A stretch of 63,675 nucleotides of DNA, the filler included, from Reclinomonas americana ATCC 50394 (lineage: Eukaryota): the NCBI GenBank assembly GCA_048213135.1. It is 9 parts of 9 records of this genome, joined end to end, with 100 filler letters (N's around TTAATTAATTAA, not from the genome) between each part and the next. Parts side by side here need not be neighbours in the genome. Positions count along the whole stretch, not along the records: positions 13,918 to 16,494 come from AFZH01017393.1; positions 16,595 to 19,901 come from AFZH01017394.1; positions 20,002 to 35,238 come from AFZH01017395.1; 6 more parts are not named here. One strand, given 5' to 3'. The notes under the pieces were generated by a model, which worked only from the letters and a program-made list of their open reading frames with translations, did no database searches and was not told the origin of the DNA. A program made the position numbers and the translations under genes. Shown one piece after another: positions 14,701 to 28,000 of the stretch. Numbering within the stretch: position 1 is the stretch's first letter; each line of letters begins with the position of its first letter.

Positions 14701-16409
14701 CTGGGGGCATCACAGCCACCTCCTCCGGCGTCATGTTCATGAGGATTTCCTCCAGTCCCTCGCCATCCTCATCCTGCTCGTCATCATCGTCATCATCATC
14801 ATCATCCTCAGCATCGACATCGTCGTCATCGTCGTCACCACCGCCACCACGGCCGCCGGCGCTGGGGAACTGGTCAGAGTCGACACTCTCCTGTCGATAC
14901 ATGGGAGCAGCGCGGGCCGGAGGTGCGGAGGCTACTGCGGCGTCGCGACCGACCAGCGGCGATCGGCGCATGTCATCGCTGAGCAGCGACAGACTGCTGA
15001 CATCTCGTGCCAGCTCTGCAACACATTGTCATGATTCCCAGCACAACTGTCGCCCGACAGACAGGCGGACGCAACGAGCCGGCGACTTGCGTGCACCCGG
15101 GGCCATAAAGTCGTTTGTGCGCAATGAGGGGCCACTGCGTTCTGGCGAACTCATATCCAACACCTCTGCGATCGTACAGTGAGAGAAATGCGCACGCACA
15201 CACCACACACAGAAGCGAGACACTCTCGAACCTGTCGGCACCGAGTCATTCGTGTCAATCGAATTCGCATCTTCCTCCACATCGTGCGGCGACGCCGTCA
15301 ACACTGGCAGGTAGAAAAATGAGCGAATGAGCGATCCAACAACAACAGACACGCACACACACACACACAGAGTGACGAATACGCACCCTGCTGGCGCGGC
15401 CTGAGCGACGACGGAGACGCCTGCGCCGGCTGCGGGCTGGATGATCCACGAGCACTGCCGGCGGGAGACAGACCAGCGGGTGAACGCGAGGGGGAGCTGC
15501 GGTTTGCCGGCGGCGGCGCCACCGACAGCGACTGCGCCGAGGCGCTGCCGCCTGGCGATGGCTTCGGCGACGGCACTGGCGATCGCGATGCCGGCGCTGG
15601 TGGCTGTGGCGAACCTCCCGCCGCACTCAACGACGAGCTCGCCGTGGCCAGCGACTGCAACAGCTGCGCCTCGGTGGCACCCGTGGCGGCCGCCGCTGCG
15701 GCCAACGAGCTGCCACGCAGCGATTGCAAGCGATCCAGCTGCTGCTGAATGTTGGCCAGTTCCTTCTTGGCACTACGCGCGCGTGGATCAGCTGTCTCAC
15801 CGAAAAAAACAGTAACACAATCGCGCCAAACCTCTCCAACAGCAGTAGCTTGCGCTCCGTTTTGCGCAGCTGCTCAATCTGCTCCTGCCCAGCCGTCTCC
15901 AGCTCCTGCACCTGTCGAAACAGCTCGGCCTCGGCCCTACCACACACACCAGTAAGCGACAGAACGAGGCAAGAGACGACGACGACGAAACAGGGACAAC
16001 CGCATCAGAGACAGCGCACACATTCCCTCTCCCTCCCTCCCTCACTCTGTCCTGCCAGGTGCACTCAACTCTGAGTGCGGTGCCACGCGCTGCTTCATAA
16101 TCTGCAGCGCACGCGCACGCTCGCCCAGTGCCGAGAACGCCTGTGCATCGCGTCGCGTCGCCGTCATAATCTGCCGCTCCATCTCGCTAATGTCGTCGAC
16201 GAGCCCAGTCAACAACTGCGAGAGAGAGAGAGAGAGCGCGCGCGCAAATGTGTGCGTGAGTGAGTGTAAGTGTGCGAGCGCGGGAATGTCGTCCAGCGAC
16301 AACACGCTTCAGAGAAACCGAGAGGCGCACTCTCCGCGCGTTCGTGTGTGGATGGATGAATGGAGAGGGGGGTGGTGCGTACCTGCTGCACATCAGGGCG
16401 CGAACTCAT
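11776..16409 (-). CDS. Large coiled-coil/acidic protein, C-terminal region resembles PCM1 (spans gap 13818-13917)
   Basis: Multi-exon gene with Q/E-rich coiled coils and acidic tracts. Segments SLQQFDGKPL...LREDIVQALSEHLEEEIVYSQVME and LDDLPPAGLKFTSEQLQRWKEQQRKEE resemble the PCM1 C-terminal domain as I recall it. Confidence 0.5.
13818..13917. other. Artificial scaffold gap linker (also 16495-16594, 19902-20001, 35239-35338, 39886-39985, 42828-42927, 50520-50619, 60982-61081)
   Basis: 100-nt N runs centred on TTAATTAATTAA, which gives stops in all six frames. Confidence 0.98.
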
Positions 16410-16654
16410 GTTGCCTGCAGTTGCGCGCTTCACAACACAACACACACGACGAGAATCTCTTCGTTGGTCGGAGTGTTAGATCACTGTCTCCGTCNNNNNN
16501 NNNNNNNNNNNNNNNNNNNNNNNNNNNNNNNNNNNNNNTTAATTAATTAANNNNNNNNNNNNNNNNNNNNNNNNNNNNNNNNNNNNNNNNNNNNATGCTG
16601 CCGTCCCTCTCTCTCTCTCTCTTCCTCCCATTGTCGATGCTCATGGCGGAACAG

Positions 16655-19600
16655 GCATGGAGCTGTGCAGCGGCGGCTCGATCACGGATCAGCTACATGT
16701 GAAAAAGTACTGTTTCACCGAGGGCATTGTGGCAAACTACACGTACCAGATTCTGCAGGGACTCGATTATCTGCACAGGCATGTGTTCGTTGCGTGTGCT
16801 TTCATTCATTCGCATCGCTGCTGACACGAAGTCGTCGCTCGTGCAGTCAGGGCATCATTCATCGCGATCTGAAGGGTGCGAATGTTCTCCTCTCGGCTTC
16901 AGGTGCGATCGCCGACTGCCTCCCCCTGCCCTCCTCTCGCCCAATTCATTTGCCCTCTCCTCTCCTACAGGCACGGACACGGTTGTAAAGCTGGCCGACT
17001 TTGGGTGCTCGCGAGACGTGCTGCAGGGAGATCGCCAGGCGACCACGTTTACGGGCACAGCAGGGTGCGTCTTTATCGGTGTTGTCACACACACACACTC
17101 TCTCATGCGCTGATTACCTACTGTAGGTTCATGGCTCCGGAGGTGTGCAAGGGCAGGTACACCACCAAGGCCGACATTTGGAGTCTGGGTGGGTGGTCAA
17201 CGACTGTCACAGTGCACGCATGTTCCCTTTCTCTGACACTCCTGTTTCTCTGTAGGATGCACGGTGCTGGAGATGATCACTGGGAGAAGACCATTTTCGG
17301 AGTTCACCAACGATGTTCGTCCGTCGTCGAGTTCGCGCATCGTGTCTCCTCCTTTCACCTCATGCCCTTCATGCAGCTGGCATTCATGTGGCACATTTCG
17401 CAAGAGAACACACAGCCGCCAATCCCCGCTAACGTCACATCCGACCTGCGCGACTTTCTCACCAAGTGTTTTATTCGGTGAGTCGTCGTCGATTGGCTGC
17501 TTGTTGCCTGCTGATTGGCGACGAGCTCCTCATTCACTTGGTGGCCACACAGCGACCCAGAGAGTCGTGCCGATGCACGCATGCTGTTGGCACATCCGTT
17601 CGTGGCGCGCTCGTCGCGTGCTTCACGGCGGCCTCCGCCTCTGCGTTCGGGATCCAGCATCGACTCCTCCCTGCCGCCGATCTCGCGCAACCTCTCAGAA
17701 AGCGACATGCGGCGATCGAGCGGTGTCAATGTTGCGCGCACACGTTCCGAGCTGCCATTGTCGGACTCTGTCATGGACCTCTCGTTCCGTCAGTCGGAGA
17801 CTTCGAGGTATGTGTGTGCGCGTGCATGTGTTGATGACGGGCGTGCAAGTGACCTCATTTTTTGCGCCTGCAGCACAAGATCATTCCAGTCGGACGACTT
17901 GTTCCGCCGACTGGAGAGTGATTGCTTGGTGCACGACTATGCTGCGTTCCTGGAGGAGAAGCAGAGGCAGTTTGTTGGCCGCGAATGGTTGTTTGCTCAG
18001 ATTGAGTCGTTTTGCGCTCCGGCTGTAGTTGCGTGTGTTTCTCTGTTCATCTTCTTGACTTTCCGCCCTATTCTCACGCATGTTGCGCAGCGTGAGCGTG
18101 CGATGATGTTGTATGCTGATCCGGGTGTCGGCAAGACATCGCTTGTCGCCAAGTTGGTCTCCCACTATGCCACTGCGTTGTTGGTGCGTTCGATGTTGTC
18201 GTTTCCACCGTCTCTCTCCCCTGATCTCACGTGCACTCTGCAGCAACAACGAGCCGTGTCGGTGGTGTGTGAGACTCCGGCGTCACCTGGTTCACCCTCG
18301 TCACCGCGTCCGTTCGTGTCGTCAGCGGCGGCCGCACTCGATGCCGCGCACGAGGCGACAGTGGCCACCTGCCAGAACCGTGTTGTCGCATTCCACATTT
18401 GTCGATGGAACGTCCGGCGCACACATGATGTTTCGTCCAGCCGGCGTTCGTCGCTCCCTTGCGCAATAGTTTTGTGACACGTGTTTTTGCAGGTCAACGC
18501 ATTTGTGCGCAGTGTGGCGTGGATGTTGCTGCACTCGTTTGCCGAATACCGCGACCAGCTGTGTACCGATCTGGAAGCGTACACTGCGCTGTTGGAGATT
18601 GATAAGCGAGGTGCTCTGCATGCGTGGACATTGGGTGTGTTGCAGCCGCTGCGCAACTTGAAGCGGCTACCGGTGGAGGTGTGCGCGCTCGCACTCATGT
18701 CGTCGAGAATACTCGCTTGTGGTCTCACTGGTGGTATGCATTTGTGCAGCACAAACTGCTGGTGGTGGACTCGTTGGATGAACTGCCGCAGGAGCGTGGT
18801 GCCGACAGCATTATCGAGTTGTTGAAGGGTTCGATCAGCTTGTTCCCCCACTTTTTGCGACTGGTCTGCACCAGTCGGCCAAAGGCAAACGTGCGTGATC
18901 GCGTCCAAATTCCGCGCGCCGTCGAAATCAATGTGCGAACCGAGCTCAACAAGGTGAGTTCGTTGTCTGGGAGGTGGTAGCGATGCGAGAGTAGGCGCAA
19001 TGTTCGTGTGTTGTTTACTCCTCTGTGTTTGCCGCAGGACGACGTGCGAGCGTTGGTGATGCACGAGCTCAAGCGTGATAGCACATTGCGCCAGTTCTTC
19101 ATCAGGAGTATGCAGGTGTGTGCGAGCCTGCGGATGCTTCTACTGCCTGTTTTGGTTCTTGCCTGACTCTGGCATCCTTGCAGACCGACTCGACAGAGGG
19201 CCTCACCCGCGGTGTGGAGATTGTGTGCCAAAAGGCCGAGTTCAACTTTCTGTATGTCACTGGTACGAGCTCGGGTGTCGTCTGCGACCATACGTACCTT
19301 CTGTTTGACACTTCCCCCACGGTTTTGTCGCAGAACTGATCCGGGCTGTGCGCAACGAGCAATTCGCTGCCATGGAGTCGCTGGAAGCTCTGCCGCAAGG
19401 CATTACGGGGTACGTACGCTGTAGCCACTGCGATCACACAGAGTTGCTGCTCTTGCTCATTTGCCTGTGCGTGTGCGTGTGTGTGCGCGTAGCCTCTATC
19501 GAGACTTTTTCGAGCGTGATTTCGGCGGCTCCACGCTCAAGGACGGTCGATCAGTCGATGATCCGCTGTCGTCGATTGCCAGCTTTGTCGATGCGCTGAA

Positions 19601-19832
19601 GACGGACTCGACTGCCGAGCGCGACAGTATGATTGAGATGCTCTCCTCGGAGAAGCTCGATCCGCAAACCCTTTCAGAGGATCTGAGTATGACCAAGGAG
19701 ATTCTCGGCGAGCTGCGCCTGCCCAACGGAAACCCGATCCCGAAAGGTCGTGTGTTGCGCATGATCTCTGTGCTTCGGCAGGCCAAGGAGGCCGGTGGTC
19801 AGAGCGCGAGTGGCTCTTCAGCGGCTGCGCAG
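16655..19832 (+). CDS. MAP3K (STE11/MEKK-like) kinase fused to NACHT-type STAND NTPase (partial at both ends, bounded by gaps)
   Basis: Kinase: MELCSGGS, HRDLKGANVLL, KLADFGCS, GTAGFMAPE, DIWSLGCTVLEMITG. NTPase: FVGREWLF, Walker A ADPGVGKTS, AFHIC, Walker B LLVVDSLDE, LVCTSRP, NFLYV, LPQGITGLY. Confidence 0.85.
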
Positions 19833-20877
19833 GTACAGTATTAGCAGTCCCTCGTGAATGGCGTTGCCAACGTTGTGTGTGGGTGACTTAATCGCTCTGT
19901 CNNNNNNNNNNNNNNNNNNNNNNNNNNNNNNNNNNNNNNNNNNNNTTAATTAATTAANNNNNNNNNNNNNNNNNNNNNNNNNNNNNNNNNNNNNNNNNNN
20001 NGGAGAAGGGAGGGGATAGGGAGAGGGAGAGGAGGGGAGGGAGGGGATAGGGATAGGGAAGGGGATGGGACGAGATCCACCGAATACCAGCGAAATTGTG
20101 TGGTGATTGCGTGAAGTTTGGGGGAAGAAGGGAGAGGGAGGAGGGGTAGGGAAGGGGAGAGGAGAAGGAGAGAGAGAGAGAGAGACTAAGACAGAATGAT
20201 AGAGACTATGCGAGAGAGAAGCATGATAGGGAGAAAGGGGGAGTGAGTTACATGGGGAGAGGGGATGGGAGAAGGAAAGAAGATAAGACGAGATCGACAG
20301 AATATCAGCGAAACTAGTCTGTGGGGCGAAGGGGGAGGGATGGGAGAGAGTAGGCAGGATGAGACCAACGGTCCCACTTCGTACCAGTGAAACCATGCGG
20401 GTGTGAAACATTACGCATTTTCTTGTTGGCAAAATCAGATCGACTGTGCGCGTGTTGTCACAAGTCACCTCAAACCCGAATCGTGAGCACGTGAAGACCG
20501 AGGTGCAGAAAGTGTGCCGAATGTACCCCTCGTTGACACCCGATGTGGGTGAACTTGGTGAGCGCACAAGGAAAGTCATACCTGTGGGCTCTGACATACA
20601 CGGTACACCAGGTGCAATTGCTCACCTCCCCGTGTTGGGTAGCAGGCATTGATGGAGTACGACAAGGGCACAAAAGTGTTCTGGAGCCACGGCAATGCCG
20701 ATCCACTTGTCAAAGACGCCTTCGTGGCACGACGATTCCTGTTTCCGATAAACATTTCCCAACTGCTTATGATCCACCGGTAGGTGCGTGTTGTAGTCCA
20801 GCTCCAGGGCTGTCTCCTGATGCAACGACGAAGGTGATTGATTGAGGCTTGCTTATTCACTTCGATTTTCGACGACA

Positions 20878-21507
20878 TCACTTCTTGACGTCAGCTGCCG
20901 CAGCAGCTGCTGTCGTCGTCGGACGCTGAATGAGGTCTGGTCGATTGCGCACAAGATCGATAATTGCGCTGGTGCTGATGCCCTCGGTGCGCGGCAAAAT
21001 CTGCACACGAAACGAGAATGAGACAGAGGAGAAGAGTAGGAAAGGAAGACAGCAGAGGAGAAAGAGGTAAATTGGGAAAAGAGGGGAAGACGAGGAGAAA
21101 GCTGGGAAAGAAAGACACGGAGAAATCGAGAGCGAGAGAGAGAGAGTGAGAGAGAGAGTATCTTCACATGCACGCAACTCGAGTCATTCCACGACGGCGT
21201 GGCACGGCATAGTAAATGTCGTCGGGTTTCTCGTACTCGATCGAGTGCGCCACCAGGTGAATCTGGTGCTCGTCCAAGAAGTCGTCGGTGAGGCCAAAGC
21301 ATGGTGCGTTTGGCACGACTTCGTCGACAAAGCGGAACGAGCGCACGTTGTTGCAGCGTTGCTCGCAGTTCAGTACAGGGGGGCGTTTGTAGTGAGAGGC
21401 GTCCTCTGTGGAAGGGGTAAGAAGGAGAATGGGTGAGAAGGGGGAGGGGAAGGGGAGGGGAAGGCAACCAAACAGCGAACGGGTGGAGATAAGTGAATCG
21501 GGGGAAT

Positions 21508-21541
<34 letters not shown>

Positions 21542-22084
21542 ACACACACAGAGACAGAGAATGGACTGGACTCAGAACACAGAAAGTGTGCGAGAGCAGA
21601 GAGACAGAGAGACAAAGAGAAGTCAAAAAGAGACAGCTGGTGACAGAGAATGGACTAGACTGGGAGCTCATCACAAAGAGCGTGCGAGACGAGAGACAGA
21701 GAGACAATGGGAAGTCTCACAGCATAGAGCGAGAAACAGAGAAGAAGAAGACAGACGGTGACAGAGAATGGACTGGACTGAGAACACTAACAGCAAGGAC
21801 TGAGGAACGAGAAAGAGAGACAAAGAGAAGTCTCACGACGGAGAAAGTAAAGGAGGCAGGTGCGACAGAGAATGAGCTGGGCTGGTCGACAGCACTGAGT
21901 GAAGAGAAAGAGAAATAACGATGTAGGCTCACGACACAGAATGATAAGGTTGGCGACGGAGAATGGACTACACAACAGAGAAAGTGCAAGAGATAAAAGT
22001 CGCATGACAGAATAGCGAGGGAGACAAGAAAACAGCTGGTGGTAGAGAATGGGCTTGACTGGGAACACATTACAGAGATTGTAC

Positions 22085-22125
<41 letters not shown>

Positions 22126-24286
22126 AAAGAAACTCTCACGACAGAGAAAGAGAGACAAAGAAGGATGGTGACAGAGAATGGACTGGACTCGGAACACAAA
22201 AAGTGCGCGAGAGCTGAGAGACAGAGAGACAAAGAGAAGTCGAGAAAGAGACAACTGGTGACAGAAAATGGACTAGTCGGCTTGTCACATGACAGAGAGT
22301 GTGCAAAGAGAAAATCTCTCGAAGACTCGCCATCACCGACCACGCCAACAATCAAGTGGCAGTATTGACCAGGCTCCACAACCTCCCTGGCCGCCTTCAT
22401 CTGGTTCGCTGCGCAATAATACTGGTGGTGGGCACACTTGCACTCACACCCACCCCCTCCCCCTCCCCTCCACTCACCATGCCCGTAATGCGTAATGTCG
22501 TAGACGCCGTCGACATACACGCGCACCACATTCGCAAAGAGCGGCAGCGACAGCTTGTGGGTCAGCTCGTTGAGGACGTGGAAGAAGTAGGTGATTCCGA
22601 GGACCAGATCGAGCGTGCCGTTGCCGAAACCGAAACGGAACACGGTGACAAACGCGGCAGTGACGACCAGCGAGTGGAACGGGCGCGGTCGTGCCATTTT
22701 GCACAGTACCACCTCGCAGGTGAGCACAGCAAAGAACATGTTCATGCCGAAAATGTCCACGAGTTCCCACGAGTCCAAACTGGGCGTGCCGGAACGCCAC
22801 ACGCCGGGGAAGAGCACCCACACCCACTTGAAGACGGCCATGCCGAGGCTGCACAAATAAAAATAAAGGCGCGTGAGATGCAATCATCGATGTAGTGCCG
22901 GTGCACAGACATGCACTCACCACAACACCAGGCCGTTGCGGGTGCTGTAGTCGACCTTCAGGCAGTGCATCGTCAGTGCTCCGAGCACCAGCACGACACA
23001 GGCGCTCACGCCAAAATCAAAGGAGATGCGGGCAAAGGTGGCCGCCGTGTACTGCTCCACAAAGGGAACCACCACGTGGCCCCAGACGTCGCCGTCGACC
23101 CACATGTCGAACGAGCGCCAGATAAGCAGGGCCTCGAGGGCGATCAGCAGCTCGCCGACCTCAAACTTGAAGTATTCGAGGCGGCCGCGGAGGAGCGCTC
23201 GCACATGCAGGCTCAGGAACAGGCATTGCAGGGTGAAGAGGATGACGCGGAGCAGCATGGCTGTGGGAGAGAATAAGGGGAAGGGAGGGGGAGGGGGAAG
23301 GGGGAGGGGGGAGCGTCTAAAACGGAACTATCGTGGAATCCAAGACTCCAGTACCATGCCATGGTGATCGGTGCAATGGCCAGTGCAGAGCCTGCACAAC
23401 AAAAGCCGTGAGAATAGTGGCAGAGAGTCAGAACAAAAACGCGGGCGAGCCACGAAACAGCTGTGATCGAAAATCGCTCCCAGCGACGACGCCTGCCGCA
23501 CTCGCCGAGCATGCCGCCTTTCCAAAGTCACAGAAGTCAGCTCTCCATTCACATCCCCCTTCTCCCACTCCGACTCACCCATCCAGCGCCTCCATCATCT
23601 GAAACGCAATCAAGCACAGGGCGGCGACGAGTGGGCGCACCGGGCGCACCCACGTCCATGAGGCCACGGCGGCGGCGACTGCGGCCGGTGCGGCGTTGTG
23701 ACCGTCGCCGGCGGCATATGACAGCGGGTAGGTGATGTAGGCGGCAAAGTAGGCGGTGAGGAGGCCCGCGAGGGTGATGATGTTGGGGGGGACGTGGGCT
23801 GTAAGGGAGGAGAAGGGGAAAGGGAGAGGGAGAAGGGAGTGAGGGAGAAGGGGGTCAGGGAAGGGGGGTGAAGAGAAGGAGAGAGTAGAAAGAGCACGGA
23901 AAAGAATGAGGAGAAGGAGATAGCGTATGGCGACAGAATGACGGAGGAAGACAGGCAAGGAGAGAGTGAAGAATGCGAGCGAGAGAATGCGAGAATGAAT
24001 GAATGAATGAATGCATGTAAAAGAGAGTGTGTGCAACGTGATGCATGTGTGTGTTTTTTACCTGGGATCCACGCGAGTGCACGATTCCACAGTGGGGCCA
24101 TCCTGTGTGTGTGAGAGAGAGAGAGAGTGAGTGAATGCAATCATGTCTTCTTTTTTCGTGTGTTTGTGTGTGTGTGTGTGTATGTGCGGACCACTTGGAG
24201 GTGAGACTGCGGTCGACGACTGAGTCGCGGAAGCGACGCAGCTCGTCCACATTGTGTGGGGTGAGCAACTCGAAGAAGCCTCCCAT
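20878..24286 (-). CDS. CDP-alcohol phosphotransferase (CEPT/AAPT-like) - cytidylyltransferase fusion, paralog 1
   Basis: PPNIITLAG, EALDGRHARRVRQASSLGAIFDHSCS and TM helices. Within one exon these continue into RVYVDGVYDITHYGH, followed by LIVGV, YKRPPV, FVDEVVPNAP and RTEGISTS. Confidence 0.85.
21540..22290. repeat. Dispersed GA-rich repeat units (GACAGAGAATGGACTGGACT-like) inside a long intron
   Basis: The motif recurs near 21553, 21642, 21760, 21956, 22170 and 22260. Confidence 0.7.
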
Positions 24287-24577
24287 GAACGCTTTCTTGC
24301 GGAGAAATTGAGGCGCTGTAACGGTCGACGGATGAACCGATTGCAACTTCGTTCATGATTAGGCAAGCAGCCAATGTCTGGATGGCCTAGTGCAACCATC
24401 AACAGAGAAGCTGTTCACGAAGGATGTGAAGCTATTATAGAAGCAGCATTTTTTCCACGTGTTCGGAATCGGTATCGCTGCAAATGGATCGGATCCGACG
24501 AGCTGTGTTGTCTGCATCGCAGGCAAGAGCGCGGTTGGGCAGTGGATGCGACAAATATGCGTGAAGCCTTTTGTGTG

Positions 24578-24937
24578 GGTCATCAAGACAGCTGTTGCTT
24601 GCTTGTTGATGAATGAATTTGTTGTAAGCATGTTGCTTCACTGATCCGGACCCGGCTGTGCTTTGTTTTCCTGGCTAAGCACGGCCTTTTCCAGAATTCG
24701 ATGTGCCGCGTACAATCGTAGAAAGCGCTATGCGTCTATGCAAGTGCGTCAAATCCACTGGTCAACCACGCTTATGCGGCGAAGATCGCAGTTCTCGACT
24801 TGTTCAGAGCTCCGAGAGCGAACACATACACACAAGAAACCTGCTGCTGCCTCAAGATTGGTATCTGTGTTGATGTTTTGGATATGGTTGAACTTGGTCA
24901 TCAAGACAGCTGTTGCTTGTTTGTTGGTGAATGAATT
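24578..24937. repeat. Left copy of degenerate direct repeat flanking the ART-Nudix gene; includes a ~42-bp block repeated at 24578 and 24896
   Basis: 24631-24912 aligns by eye, in the same orientation, with 30112-30306 (GCTTCAC.GATCCGGAC, ATCCACTG..AACCACGCTTATGCGG, GCAGTTCTCGACTTGTTC.GAGCTC, TTTTGGATATGGTTG, GTCATCAAGACAGCTG). Confidence 0.85.
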
Positions 24938-25022
24938 GTTGTTGATTGTCTAGTCTCTATTCGTCGCTGAAGTGCTGAAGCGATTCTGCAGAACTTCAAG
25001 TACATTATATACAGTCTAGACT

Positions 25023-28000
25023 CTATGGTCGTCGAGAGGAAGCCTTACTGCTCTTGCTTCCGTTTTGGCCAGCATTGCCGTGGCCAAGTCCTCGTGGCCC
25101 GTGTGAAGCACCGTCGCGGACAGAAGCGCTCCGACGGGAGGTGTGATGAGTTACAAAGCCGTCATCATCAGCGACTTCACGAGCCGAAATCGGGAGTGTC
25201 GCACTGGCCGAAACGACGGTAGGAGATGCTGTGCCAAGTTCGGTGGGCTGCGAGGCTGCTGTTCCGCTACCACGTCCTGCGCCCCAGTCACCACGGTCAC
25301 CCAATGGGCCTACACTACCGCGATCGCGTCCAGCGGCGCGCGGCGCAAATGCAGGGTCCTGACCGCGCCCGAGACCAAGAGGGCCAATGCCATGGTTGAT
25401 ACTCGCGGGAGGCAGAGCCGCCGACGCGAGCTGCAGCTGAGAACTGGCCCCGACAGGGCGTCCGCTGGCACCCTGTCCACCGGCTGATGGTCCAGCATCC
25501 ACATAATGACCGCCGTACGAGCTGCCGGCAGAGCCACGAGTCGTGCGCCCATCTTTCGCGCGATGCCGATCACTTGCGCCCGCGGCGCCGCTTGAGCTTC
25601 GGACCACTTCCACATTGACAGGGCGACGGATGCCCTCGACAACTTCATAGAGGATTTCTTGCATCGACGATATTCGGACGGCGTCACGGAGCCGATCACT
25701 GAGGGTCACAATCGCCGGCGGGCTGGACTGATAGACAATGCGATGGCCACCACTGTCGAGATCCAGCTCCGGCACCTGAACACGATCACTGCCCAGATCT
25801 CTCTCTGGCATCTGAACGACAAGACGTGAGTGACTGTGGACGAAGTCCAATCGCACGCACAGTCGGCTGGCAACACACACACACCTCCGCTTCGTGTCTG
25901 GCTGTGGCCTCAAGAACGTCCTTCACGAGGACATGCACCAAGCGATCGATCTCAGGCCGACGACGTGATTCGCTGCTTCAGAGATTGTATTGCAATTGAG
26001 TTGATACCGTGTCTCAGGACACTGCAGAAGGCTAACAAAGACTCACCCGGTGAGCCTTCGCTGCAACGCGGTAAACTGCTGACTGGACAGATGCTTGTCG
26101 GTGACCAACACGAACATGTCGTAGCGCTTGTCGCCGCGGTATGGGACGTGCACGTACGGCAGTGTCTCATGCACAAACTTTTCGCTGAAGGGAGCCAGCG
26201 TCAATACGACGACAGGTCATGCAGGAGAAAGTTGGAATACTCACTCAGGCGCCAACAGGCCCATCGTCTCTTCGGCGCATTCACGGGCAGCAGTAGCGGC
26301 AGAGCTGAAGGATTAACATTAGAGAGTGAAATAGCTTGACAAGTCACGAAGTACACGCACCTACTCATTTCCGAGAAGTCTCGCTGGCCACGCTGTCCGT
26401 CGACCACAGCCTGCAGAAGCTTCCCACCAAAGTCGCTGGCCTTTCCACGCTGGACCTCGCCCGCTTCGACCCCCAGTGTCAGCACTGCGTGCTGTCCGCT
26501 ACGGCCGGGTGGCACATAAACAACCAGTATCCCAGCGCCAGAAGGACAGCTGCGCCGTCGCGATGCACCGAGTTCGCGACTGCGCAAATTCCAAGCAGAG
26601 GTAAGCAATAGTGAGAAAGAGTGCAGCTGGTTAGAGCACACAGACCGATTCGGGAAAAACACCACGGCGCGAAGGCCTGCGCGGACGAATTGATCTGCGT
26701 AGCTGACAAACAGTCCGCTGTCCTCATCGTCCTTTCCGTGAGACTCCACGTCGATAAACGCCAACTGACCGATCGGTGGCACTTGACGGCCACGGTCGAC
26801 ATAATATGGCACTTTCTCCAATTGCTTAGCCCACGTCTCCTCAAATGGCAAGTCCAGTGCCAACTTGCGAACATCGTCAAAGCCCGCGTCAGTAAAACGC
26901 AAGCGCCTTCTGACAAAGAATTCCATCGCATCGTGCAGTTTGTATGCGCTTGCCATGGGCCCAAAAACCCACCAGGCTAATTGCGCTTGCTTCGTCTGCA
27001 GACGTTGAAGCTGGTTGGAGAGCCACTTGTCAACCGAAACCTGGCTCGTTTCACGGTAGCCGAGACGCACAGCAAGATCACGAAGTCGTGAATCCTCCTG
27101 CTTCGTGTACTCCTCCGGCAACAGGGGTGTGTAGCGCGACAGCCAAATAAACATCTCCGCATCTCGGCTGGTCCCTAACACCAAGCCCCTGCAGTTACCG
27201 TTTGACGACACCTCGTTCCTCATCTTATGCTCTGGGAGGTCTACAATCAAAACCACCGGCGAATGTGCCTCCGCAATCGTGCCGTGCACCTCGTCGCTGA
27301 ACCAGCGACGCTGTGCGTGCCAGGCCGCGTCAGCAAACGACTCGAAAAAGTAGAACGACGGAGTACGGCTGAAGTCGCTGAAATCGTTCATGAGTACTGT
27401 CTGCTGGGCATGCCCCAGAAGCGTGCCACTCACGAGAATACGTGCCGCCTTGTCAGCTGAACACCCGTGGAACCACCGTTTAAATCCTGCTTGTGGTGGC
27501 GCCAGATTGTCCTTGAGCAGAGTAGCTGCGCGAACAACAACGTCGGCTAAATCATCCCCGTCGGGAACATTCAGCGCGCCCAACACCACCGAACGCTCAG
27601 GTGCGGCTTCAACAGGTAACTCTGAACCGATTCCGCGCAAGGGACAGAACGGGAAACTAATTAGCTCACTGCCGTCCTCCGAAGCACGCAGCCGACGGAC
27701 GAGTATTGACAGTCGCGCGAGACCCTGCGCACTCGAGTCACGAGCGCCGCCAACAATCGCCAGATACTCTGCAAACCAGTTACGAATGGCCTGTTCGTCA
27801 ACAGGCTCCTTGTGATCGCGCAGATCAGTGACCCAGTGGAAGAATGCGTGTCGAAAGCAGTACTCCAGATTGTCGCAAGACAGCACGCGGAGATTCGGTT
27901 CCAACAACGGCAGCAACACACGCGTGACGTAACGAGCTATGCCTTCAGCCACAATTGCCTCGCGTTCACTGGGATCGTTCACGATCCGCATGGCCAGACG

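Noticed and set aside
20350..20850. Non-repetitive segment with short ORFs after gap 3
   Set aside because: I could not build a convincing reading frame or link it to the kinase-NACHT gene.
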